Shown here piece by piece: positions 47,960-55,258 of a DNA stretch of 55,258 nt. Every line of letters starts with the position of its first letter. The first letter of the stretch is position 1. A program made the position numbers and the translations under genes. Source of the stretch: an uncultured Alphaproteobacteria bacterium (GTDB taxonomy: Bacteria > Pseudomonadota > Alphaproteobacteria > UBA2966 > CAIVPW01); assembly GCA_903907895.1 (NCBI GenBank), contig CAIVPW010000075.1:1-55258 (forward strand). Direction: 5' to 3'. The notes beneath the pieces are model-generated. The model had not been told where the DNA came from, did not search any database, and saw nothing but the letters and a program-made list of their open reading frames with translations.

Positions 47960-49189
47960 ATGAGCAAGGCCAACATTCAGCTGCCCATCTACCTGGACTA
48001 CCAGGCCACCACGCCCACCGATCCGCGCGTCGTGGAGGAAATGCTGCCGTACTTCACGACCAAGTTCGGCAACCCGCACTCCCGCAGCCACTCGTTCGGC
48101 TGGGAGGCCGAGCAGGGGGTGGAGCATGCCCGCGAACAGGTGGCCGCCCTCATTGGCGCCAACGAGAAGGAAGTCATCTTCACGTCGGGCGCCACCGAAT
48201 CGAACAACCTCGCCATCAAGGGCGTGGCACGCTTCTACAAGGACAAGCGCAACGAGATCGTCACGGTGGTCACCGAGCACAAGTGCGTGCTCGACGCCTG
48301 CCGCCACCTGCAGGAGGAGGAGGGCTTCAAGGTCACCTACCTCGCGGTGCAGCAGAACGGCATCGTCGACCTCGAACACCTCCGCCAGGCAGTGACCGAC
48401 AAGACGGCGCTGGTCTCGGTCATGGCCGTGAACAACGAGATCGGCGTCATCCAGCCGCTCAAGGAGATCGCCGCCATCGCCCACGAAAAGGGGGCGTTCT
48501 TCCACACCGACGCCGCCCAGGCGGCGGGCAAGATCCCCCTCGACGTCGAGGACATGCACATCGACCTGATGAGCATCTCGGCCCACAAGATGTACGGCCC
48601 CAAGGGCGTCGGCGCCCTCTACGTGCGCCGCAAGCCGCGCGTGCGCCTGCATGCTCTGATCCACGGCGGCGGCCAGGAGCGCGGCATGCGCTCGGGCACG
48701 CTGCCCACCCCGCTGATCGTCGGTTTCGGCAAGGCGGCCGAAATCGCCCGCCTCGAGATGGCCAAGGACAACGAGCGCATCCGCATGCTGTCGGACCGCC
48801 TGTTCAATGGCATCAACAACGAACTGAAGGACGTGGTCCTGAACGGCGATCGCGCCCAGCGCATCCCGGGCAACCTCAACCTCTCGTTCTCCTACGTCGA
48901 AGGCGAGTCGCTCATGATGGGCATCCGCGACATCGCGGTGTCCTCCGGCTCGGCCTGCACCTCCGCTTCGCTGGAGCCGTCCTACGTGCTCCGGGCGCTG
49001 GGTGTTGAGGAGGAGATGGCGCACACCTCGATCCGCCTAGGCATCGGCCGGTTCACGACCGAAGCAGAGATCGATTACACGGTCGAGACCGTGGTGAAGC
49101 ACGTGAAGAAGCTGCGCGAGATGAGCCCTTTGTGGGAGCTCGTGCAGGAGGGCGTCGACCTAAAGTCGATCCAGTGGTCGGACCATTAA
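47960..49189 (+). CDS. iscS: Cysteine desulfurase IscS
   Basis: ATG 47960 after [46 protein letters not shown], and the C-terminal IQWSDH tail typical of IscS. Confidence 0.95.
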   Translation: MSKANIQLPIYLDYQATTPTDPRVVEEMLPYFTTKFGNPHSRSHSFGWEAEQGVEHAREQVAALIGANEKEVIFTSGATESNNLAIKGVARFYKDKRNEIVTVVTEHKCVLDACRHLQEEEGFKVTYLAVQQNGIVDLEHLRQAVTDKTALVSVMAVNNEIGVIQPLKEIAAIAHEKGAFFHTDAAQAAGKIPLDVEDMHIDLMSISAHKMYGPKGVGALYVRRKPRVRLHALIHGGGQERGMRSGTLPTPLIVGFGKAAEIARLEMAKDNERIRMLSDRLFNGINNELKDVVLNGDRAQRIPGNLNLSFSYVEGESLMMGIRDIAVSSGSACTSASLEPSYVLRALGVEEEMAHTSIRLGIGRFTTEAEIDYTVETVVKHVKKLREMSPLWELVQEGVDLKSIQWSDH

Positions 49190-49252
49190 TGGCCTGCCGC
49201 CGCGCTTGACGGCAGCGGCGGCTGAGCCATCTTGACGGGTAGGGAGAGAGAC

Positions 49253-49681
49253 ATGGCATACGGCGAAAAGCTCATCGACCATTACGAGAACCCCCGCAAC
49301 ATCGGGTCTATGGACAAGAATGCCCAGGACGTCGGTACCGGGCTCGTAGGCGCGCCGGCGTGCGGCGACGTCATGAAGCTGCAGATCAAGGTGAGCCCCG
49401 AGGGCATCATCGAGGACGCCAAGTTCAAGACTTTTGGATGTGGCTCGGCCATTGCATCGTCCTCCCTCGTCACCGAGTGGGTGAAGGGCAAGACCGTCGA
49501 TCAGGCCGAAACCATCAAGAACACGGAAATCGCACAGTATCTGGCCCTGCCGCCGGTGAAGATTCACTGCTCGGTGCTGGCCGAAGACGCGATCAAGGCC
49601 GCCATCGCCGACTACCGCAAGAAGGCGGGCAAGGTTGCCCATGCCGCCGCGGACGAGCCGGCAAAGGTCGCCGCCGAGTAA
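49253..49681 (+). CDS. iscU: Fe-S cluster assembly scaffold IscU
   Basis: ATG 49253. YENPRNIGS, GAPACGDVMKL, FKTFGCGSAIASSS, LPPVKIHCSVLAEDAI. Confidence 0.95.
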   Translation: MAYGEKLIDHYENPRNIGSMDKNAQDVGTGLVGAPACGDVMKLQIKVSPEGIIEDAKFKTFGCGSAIASSSLVTEWVKGKTVDQAETIKNTEIAQYLALPPVKIHCSVLAEDAIKAAIADYRKKAGKVAHAAADEPAKVAAE

Positions 49682-49715
49682 CGATACGACCCCTACGACG
49701 AAGGAACCCGAGGCA

Positions 49716-50048
49716 ATGGCTTCCGTCATCACCATCACCGACGCCGCGGCACAGCGAGTGGCCGCCATGATTGCCGGCCGCGGCAAGCCGAGCGAAGGCG
49801 TGCGCATCGGCGTCCGCACCGCCGGCTGCTCCGGCCTGTCCTACACGCTCGAGTTCGCCGACCAGGTGCAGGCGGCCGACGAAGTGGTGCGCGACAAGGG
49901 CGTCACGGTGTTCGTGGACCCCAAGGCGACCGTGTACCTCGTCGGTACCGAGATGGATTTCGTCGAGAGCGACCTGCAGTCCGGGTTCGTCTTCAAGAAT
50001 CCCAACGAACGTGCGCGCTGCGGCTGCGGCGAGTCGTTTCACGTCTGA
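49716..50048 (+). CDS. iscA: Fe-S cluster insertion protein IscA (HesB family)
   Basis: ATG 49716. GVRTAGCSGLSY and C-terminal CGCGESF. Confidence 0.92.
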   Translation: MASVITITDAAAQRVAAMIAGRGKPSEGVRIGVRTAGCSGLSYTLEFADQVQAADEVVRDKGVTVFVDPKATVYLVGTEMDFVESDLQSGFVFKNPNERARCGCGESFHV

Positions 50049-50099
50049 TCCTGCTGCGGGCGGCGTTCTGCCGCCCGCACGATCTTCCGGTCCCTTTCC

Positions 50100-50693
50100 A
50101 TGACTGCGGCTACTCCATGCTGGTCGTGCGGCGGCACGACGGACGGACTGTTTTGCGCGCAGTGCAATGCGCTGCAGCCGCCCAAGCCCGGCAACCTGTT
50201 CGCCCGCTTCGGCGTTCCGGCGGCGTTCGACGTTGACGGCGCCGAGCTCGAACGCCGCTACTTCGAGCTCCAGCGCAAGCTGCACCCCGACAAGTTCGCC
50301 TCGCGCGGCGCCAAAGAGCGCGAATACTCGCTGCAACACACCGCCAACCTGAACGAGGCGCACAAGGTCCTGCGCTCGCCGCTGTTGCGCGCGGAGCACC
50401 TGCTGCGCGTCAAAGGTCACGCCATGCCGGACGGCGAGCACACGGTGGCCGACCCCGAGATTCTGATGCACGCCCTGGAGATGCGCGAAGCCCTGGCCGA
50501 AGCATCGACGCGGGCGGAGATCGAGGCCGTGGCCGCCGGCGCGCGCACCGAAGCGGCCGGCATCGTGCAGGAGCTTTCGGCAGCGTTCGCGGCGAACGAT
50601 CTGGCGGTGGCCGAGCGCCTGGCGCTGCGCCTGCGCTACCTCGAGAAATTCTCCGGCGAAGCGCGCGAGCGGCGCGTGCGGGCCAGCGCCTGA
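50100..50693 (+). CDS. hscB: Fe-S assembly co-chaperone HscB with N-terminal CxxC-x9-CxxC
   Basis: J-domain with LHPDKF, and a C-terminal helical domain. N-terminus CWSCGGTTDGLFCAQC. Confidence 0.88.
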   Translation: MTAATPCWSCGGTTDGLFCAQCNALQPPKPGNLFARFGVPAAFDVDGAELERRYFELQRKLHPDKFASRGAKEREYSLQHTANLNEAHKVLRSPLLRAEHLLRVKGHAMPDGEHTVADPEILMHALEMREALAEASTRAEIEAVAAGARTEAAGIVQELSAAFAANDLAVAERLALRLRYLEKFSGEARERRVRASA

Positions 50694-52618
50694 TGGCCAC
50701 GCTGCTGCAGATCCACGAGCCGGGCCAGACGCCCATGCCGCACGCCAAGCGTGCGCTCGCGGTCGGCATCGACCTTGGCACCACCAACAGCCTCGTCGCC
50801 GTTTCCGAGAACAACAAGCCGATGGTCCTGGAGGACGTGAACGGCCGCGCGCTCCTGCCGTCCGCCGTGCTGTACCAGGCCGGCCAGATCGTCGTCGGCG
50901 ATCAGGCCCGTGCGGCGTTGAAGGATCACCCCGAGCGCGTCGTCGTCTCGGTGAAGCGCCTGATGGGCCGTGGGGCCGAGGACGTCATGCGCGTCGCCAA
51001 CCAGCTCGCCTACGAGCTCGACAGCGCCCAGGCCGGCATGGTGCGCATCAAGGCCGGCGGCCGCGTGCTGACGCCGGTCGAAGTCTCCGGCCACATCCTG
51101 CAAGAGCTGCGGGCCCGCGCCGAACGTGTGACGGGGCGCGAGGTGCGTCAGGCCGTCATCACCGTGCCCGCCCATTTCGACGACGGCGCCCGCAATGCCA
51201 CCAAGGACGCGGCGAAGCTCGCCGGCCTGCAGGTGTTGCGCCTCGTCAACGAACCGACCGCCGCCGCGCTCGCCTACGGCCTGGATAAGGGCGCGGAAGG
51301 CGTGTTCGTGGTCTATGACCTCGGCGGCGGCACCTTCGACGTGTCGGTTCTGCGGCTGCAGATGGGCGTGTTCCAGGTGCTCGCCACCGGCGGCCACGCC
51401 CAGCTCGGCGGCGACGACTTCGACCGCGCCGTGGCCGAGTACTTCCTCGCCGACCGCGCCCGCATCCTCGGGCCCGAGAAGCTGTCGTCGGGCGACACCA
51501 AGCGGGCGCTCGCCGTCGCGCGCCAGGCGCGCGAGCACCTCACCACCCACGAAACCGGTTCGTGGCCGCTCGACATCAACCATCGCCTGTCGTGGCAGAG
51601 CCTCGACCAGGACACGCTGAACCAGCTCATCGCGTCCAAGGTCGACCAGACCATCGGGATTTGCCGCGGTGTGCTGGCCGACGCGAATCTGGAACCAGAA
51701 GAACTCAACGGCGTCGTGCTGGTTGGTGGCGCTACGCGCACGCCGCTCGTGCAGAAGCAGGTGGCGGCGTACTTCGGCAAGCCGCCGCTCGCCGACATCG
51801 ACCCCGACCAGGTCGTGGCCCTCGGCGCCGCCCTGCAGGCAGAGGCCCTCACCCAGGGCTCCGATGCATTGCTGCTCGATGTTACGCCCCTGTCGCTCGG
51901 CATCGAGACCATGGGCGGGCTCACCGAGAAGATCATTCCGCGCAACACGCCGATTCCCGCCGCTATCGCCCAGGAATTCACCACCTACCAGGACGGTCAG
52001 ACGGCGATGATGATTCATGTCGCCCAGGGCGAGCGCGAGCTCATCGCCGAGAACCGCAGCCTGGCGCGCTTCGTCCTCCAGGGCATTCCGCCGCTCACCG
52101 CCGGGGCTGCCCGCATTCGCGTGCTGTTCGCGGTCGATGCCGACGGCCTGCTCACGGTCAGCGCCGAGGAAACGACGACCGGCGTGCGCCAGGAAGTCGC
52201 GGTGAAGCCGAGCTACGGCCTGTCCGACGAAGAGCTCGCGGCCATGCTGCGGGCGAGTATCGAGCACGCCCGCGACGACATGGAGGAACGCACCTTGCGC
52301 GAGGCGCGGGTGGACGGCGAGCGCCTGCTGCATGCCATCGAGGCGGCGTTGCGCATCGACGCCGATCTCTTGGAGGCGGGCGAACGGCAGAGCATTGCCG
52401 GGGGTGTCGAACGCCTGCGCGCCGCCATCGCCGGCCGCGACCGCGGCGCGATCCTGGACGGAGTCGAGGCGCTCAACGCTGTCACCGAGCCGTTCGCGGC
52501 GCGGCGCATGGACCGCGGCATTCGGGCCGCCCTGCAGGGAGTGGCCGTCTCAGCCCTGGCCGAGCGGCTGGCCGAGCGCCCTGAGGGCGCGGACGGAGGC
52601 CATTCAACGCAAAAATAG
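50693..52618 (+). CDS. hscA: Fe-S assembly chaperone HscA (Hsp70 family)
   Basis: The ATG overlaps the hscB stop (TGATG). GIDLGTTNS, DLGGGTFDVS, VLVGGATRTP. Confidence 0.95.
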   Translation: MATLLQIHEPGQTPMPHAKRALAVGIDLGTTNSLVAVSENNKPMVLEDVNGRALLPSAVLYQAGQIVVGDQARAALKDHPERVVVSVKRLMGRGAEDVMRVANQLAYELDSAQAGMVRIKAGGRVLTPVEVSGHILQELRARAERVTGREVRQAVITVPAHFDDGARNATKDAAKLAGLQVLRLVNEPTAAALAYGLDKGAEGVFVVYDLGGGTFDVSVLRLQMGVFQVLATGGHAQLGGDDFDRAVAEYFLADRARILGPEKLSSGDTKRALAVARQAREHLTTHETGSWPLDINHRLSWQSLDQDTLNQLIASKVDQTIGICRGVLADANLEPEELNGVVLVGGATRTPLVQKQVAAYFGKPPLADIDPDQVVALGAALQAEALTQGSDALLLDVTPLSLGIETMGGLTEKIIPRNTPIPAAIAQEFTTYQDGQTAMMIHVAQGERELIAENRSLARFVLQGIPPLTAGAARIRVLFAVDADGLLTVSAEETTTGVRQEVAVKPSYGLSDEELAAMLRASIEHARDDMEERTLREARVDGERLLHAIEAALRIDADLLEAGERQSIAGGVERLRAAIAGRDRGAILDGVEALNAVTEPFAARRMDRGIRAALQGVAVSALAERLAERPEGADGGHSTQK

Positions 52619-52735
52619 GGTTCCGTTTGCCGCCCGGAACGGCCATGTTCTGCGCCGCTTGGCCGAAAGGCGAGGGGCGGGGGCCCCAACTGGCGTGGCG
52701 CCCGTGGGGGGAGCCGAGGGGAGTTCCGGTAACAG

Positions 52736-53074
52736 ATGCCAAAGATGACGTTCTTGCACCCAGACGGGAAGCGCCAGGAAGTGGACGCTCCGCTCGGCCT
52801 CTCGGTGCTGGAGATTGCGCACCGCAACAACATCGACCTCGAAGGCGCGTGCGAAGGCTCGCTCGCCTGCTCGACCTGCCACGTCATCGTAGATCCGAAG
52901 TTCTACGACAAGATTCCGGAGGCCAAGGACGAAGAGGAAGACATGCTCGACCTCGCCTTCGGCCTGACGCACACCTCGCGCCTCGGTTGCCAGATCATCA
53001 TCACGCCGCAGCTGGATGGCCTCGTCGTCTCGCTGCCGTCGGCGACGCGCAACATGCTCCTCGAAGGGGCGTGA
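52736..53074 (+). CDS. fdx: [2Fe-2S] ferredoxin, adrenodoxin/ISC type
   Basis: [11 protein letters not shown] ... LGC is the Cys4 pattern. 112 aa. Confidence 0.93.
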   Translation: MPKMTFLHPDGKRQEVDAPLGLSVLEIAHRNNIDLEGACEGSLACSTCHVIVDPKFYDKIPEAKDEEEDMLDLAFGLTHTSRLGCQIIITPQLDGLVVSLPSATRNMLLEGA

Positions 53075-53081
53075 CAGCGCC

Positions 53082-53282
53082 GTGGCGCTGAAGTGGACCG
53101 ACGTGCAGGAACTGGCGATCCAGTTGGAGGATGCGCACCCCGACGCCGACGTGGTGAACCTGCGCTTCACCGACCTGCACAAATGGGTGCGCGCGCTGCC
53201 CGGCTTTTCCGACGATCCGAACAAGTCGAACGAGAAGATCCTCGAAGCCATCCAGATGGCCTGGCTGTCCGAGCGGGACTAG
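53082..53282 (+). CDS. iscX: Fe-S assembly protein IscX
   Basis: GTG 53082 lies 7 nt after the fdx stop. LKWTDVQELAIQLEDAHPD ... SNEKILEAIQMAWL. 66 aa, the same length as classical IscX. Confidence 0.8.
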   Translation: MALKWTDVQELAIQLEDAHPDADVVNLRFTDLHKWVRALPGFSDDPNKSNEKILEAIQMAWLSERD

Positions 53283-53301
53283 CCAACTCGTTCTTCCGCA
53301 C

Positions 53302-54186
53302 ATGACGCGAGGTTCGCTCACCGGGGCTGCGTTCGCGGTCACTGCAGCCTTGCTGTTTGGCTCGGCGATCCCGTCGTCCAAGGTGCTGCTCGGCGACCTC
53401 AATGTATTCCTGCTGACAGGCCTCCTCTATGGCGGCTCCGTCATCGGCCTCGTCATCGCCGGGCCGATCTTGCGCCACTTGCAGGTGATCACGGCGACGC
53501 CGCTGCGGCGCGGCGAGTGGCGTTGGCTGGCGGGCTCGGTCGTGGCGGGCGGTTTGGCTGCGCCGCTCTTGCTGTTGCTCGGCCTCGACTGGACCCCGGC
53601 TTCCACCGCGGGGCTGCTGATGAACTTCGAAGCACCGCTCACGGCAGTATTCGCGGCACTCGTGTTCGGCGAACACGTTGGCCGCCGCGTGATCTTTGGC
53701 ATCGCAGCGATCACCGTGGGCGCCGCGCTCATTTCCTGGCAGGGGTCGGCCGACACCAACGGCTGGCTCGGCCCGCTCGTGGTGGTCGGCTCCGCCGTGG
53801 CCTGGGCGCTCGACAACAACATCGTCCGGCGCATTGCGCACACCGATCCGGTACGGCTGGCAACCATCCGCGCCGGCGTTGCCACCGTGCTGTACTTGGC
53901 GATTGCCTTCGCCACCGGCCATTCGCTTCCGGCGCTGCCGGTGCTCGCCCAGTGCATGGTGCTAGGCCTGTTCGGCTACGGCCTCGCGCTGACGCTGTTC
54001 TTTCTCAGCCTGCGGTACATCGGTGCCGCCCGCGCCGCCGCGTTCTTTGCGGCCGGGCCGTTCGTCGGCGCCATGGGCGGCATCGCTGCGCTCGGCGAAC
54101 CGCTGACCCTGGCATTCGTGGCGGCCGCGGCGTGCATGCTGCTCGGCATCTGGCTGGTACTGAGCGCGGGCACGGCGCACAGCTAG
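53302..54186 (+). CDS. EamA/DMT-family transporter
   Basis: 294 aa with about ten TM segments in two repeats. Confidence 0.85.
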   Translation: MTRGSLTGAAFAVTAALLFGSAIPSSKVLLGDLNVFLLTGLLYGGSVIGLVIAGPILRHLQVITATPLRRGEWRWLAGSVVAGGLAAPLLLLLGLDWTPASTAGLLMNFEAPLTAVFAALVFGEHVGRRVIFGIAAITVGAALISWQGSADTNGWLGPLVVVGSAVAWALDNNIVRRIAHTDPVRLATIRAGVATVLYLAIAFATGHSLPALPVLAQCMVLGLFGYGLALTLFFLSLRYIGAARAAAFFAAGPFVGAMGGIAALGEPLTLAFVAAAACMLLGIWLVLSAGTAHS

Positions 54187-54252
54187 CCCTACGGCCGCCG
54201 GCATACTCCGCCCGTGTGATAGCGAAATTCTGCGGCCTCGTTATCTTTGAGT

Positions 54253-54361
54253 CATCCGAACGAACACAAGTTCAGTGCAGACTGGATGCAGTGATTGATC
54301 TCGGAGATGGAGCCGGCCGGGCTCTCGACTAACCTCGAGAAACCGACCGGCTCCGTGCCCT
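54253..54361 (+). repeat. Structured repeat element, copy A (candidate leader RNA/ncRNA)
   Basis: The conserved 5' half and a nested hairpin (outer 54310-54320/54343-54353, inner 54323-54328/54335-54340) are shared with copy B. Confidence 0.5.
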
Positions 54362-54413
54362 ATGGCGCGCGCGGGGCCGCCAGCGTCTGAGCGACTACCT
54401 GCCGCAACCGTCT

Positions 54414-54632
54414 ATGCCGGTGCAACTCGACGCCCGCACTCTGCTTCGTTCGCGGGGCAGGGTGGCGTCCGATGCGCATGCGGCGTCTCTTTCCGCTGTG
54501 CCGCCGCCCGCCGTTCCGTTCCCCCAATATCCCGCACCATTGCTCGCCAACCTGGATACCGCGTACGCGGCGTGGCGCCGGGCAGGTCGCGCGTTTATGG
54601 TTCCTGCATCCGATCGAACACAACGTCAGTGA
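54414..54632 (+). CDS. Doubtful 72-codon ORF between the two repeat copies (possible remnant of a duplicated Sel1-gene 5' end)
   Basis: It has an ATG start in the same ATGCCGG context seen after copy B. There is no clear SD, third-position GC is lower than in neighbouring genes, and the ORF ends inside copy B. Confidence 0.2.
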   Translation: MPVQLDARTLLRSRGRVASDAHAASLSAVPPPAVPFPQYPAPLLANLDTAYAAWRRAGRAFMVPASDRTQRQ

Positions 54633-54723
54633 AAGCTGATCGAGTGATTGAACGGAGAGAAGCCGGCCGGAGACTCTCAACTCTGTTGAGAATTCTTCGA
54701 CCGGCTTCGTGATTCTGCGCCCT
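54607..54723 (+). repeat. Structured repeat element, copy B (candidate 5' leader of the Sel1-repeat gene)
   Basis: Same architecture as copy A (outer stem 54659-54670/54698-54708, inner 54675-54681/54685-54691). It ends 38 nt before ATG 54762. Confidence 0.5.
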
Positions 54724-54761
54724 ACTTGACCAAAGCCGGCGAGAGGGTCTGCAATGCCGGA

Positions 54762-55258
54762 ATGCACGTTCGTCTACGAGCCTGGGTGATCGGCCTTGTT
54801 GCCCTTGCTGCCGCACAAGCCGCCAGTGCCGATGCCTTGGAGGACGGCTGGCGCGCCTACATTCGCAGCGATTTCGCGACGGCGCGGGAACTGCTGACCC
54901 CATTCGCCGAGCAAGGCAGCGCGCGCGCCCAGGCCATCCTGGCGACGATGTATCGCTTCGGCGAAGGCGTTGAGATCGACCCGGAGAAATCGGCGTTCCT
55001 GTTCCGGCAGGCGAGCCTGCAGGGCAGCGTGGGCGCCCAATACGACTTGGCGCAGCTCTACCTGACCGGATTTGGCGTCGAGCAGAGCATTGCGCACGCC
55101 ATCATGTGGCTCACGATCGCCCTCGACGAGATCGGCTATGAGGAATTCGTGCGCGACTCCGGCGCCAGCGTGCGCCAGCCCATCACCGAGTTCCGCCAAA
55201 ACGTGGTGTCGCAGGCCAACTTCCTGGAGCTGGCACGCGCGCTCGACATGGCCGCCAC
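54762..55258 (+). CDS. Secreted Sel1-repeat (SLR/TPR-like) protein, 3' end outside the window
   Basis: The open frame from ATG 54762 runs to the window edge, which is why it is absent from the ORF track. Signal peptide MHVRLRAWVIGLVALAAAQAASA. Sel1 repeats GSARAQAILATMYRFGEGVEIDPEKSAFLFRQASLQGSVGAQYDLAQLYLTGFGVEQS. Confidence 0.8.
   Translation, partial: MHVRLRAWVIGLVALAAAQAASADALEDGWRAYIRSDFATARELLTPFAEQGSARAQAILATMYRFGEGVEIDPEKSAFLFRQASLQGSVGAQYDLAQLYLTGFGVEQSIAHAIMWLTIALDEIGYEEFVRDSGASVRQPITEFRQNVVSQANFLELARALDMAA

Noticed and set aside
54307-54390. 27-codon ORF (MEPAGLSTNLEKPTGSVPYGARGAASV) starting with GGAG-ATG inside repeat copy A.
   Set aside because: The ATG is absent from copy B (GAGAGAAG), whereas the hairpin pairing is conserved. 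Conservation is therefore at the structure level, not the peptide level.
54360-54767. ORFs 54362..54712 (+, 116 aa) and 54360..54767 (-, 135 aa) spanning the repeat region.
   Set aside because: Their composition is Arg-rich and shadow-like, and they have no motifs. They cut across both repeat copies in inconsistent frames.

Overview
This is a GC-rich, tightly packed chromosomal segment with alphaproteobacterial gene content and synteny. Markers include NDUFA12-like/mlaD/DUF2155, aat-accC-accB-aroQ, a class II nrdJ, a long RNase E with an S1-domain insertion, a bactofilin plus M23 peptidase pair, and a full cysE-iscR-nifS-like-iscSUA-hscBA-fdx-iscX cluster. I can support about 50 protein-coding genes, several terminator-like hairpins, one near-consensus sigma70-type promoter and one programmed +1 frameshift (prfB). 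I recognised no rRNA, tRNA, CRISPR array, transposase, integrase or phage gene. Nearly all of the window is core housekeeping, and I do not see a clear-cut new multi-gene system such as a defence island. The best candidates for undescribed biology are these. (1) Two diverged copies of a ~110-nt element at 54.25-54.72 kb keep a nested hairpin through compensatory changes, and each sits upstream of an ORF start. (2) Two tandem, cysteine-free cupredoxin-fold paralogs have lost three of the four type-1 copper ligands and lie directly downstream of the bacA-lmdC-type module. (3) A beta-lactamase-fold protein has all three catalytic motifs degenerate and is fused to a C-terminal membrane domain. (4) ThiS and ThiG are fused in frame, which buries the ThiS Gly-Gly terminus, and no recognisable TPP riboswitch precedes the gene. 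(5) The signal peptide of an AmiC-type amidase lies upstream of any ATG/GTG/TTG codon. All family assignments come from motif recognition by eye. No database search was run.
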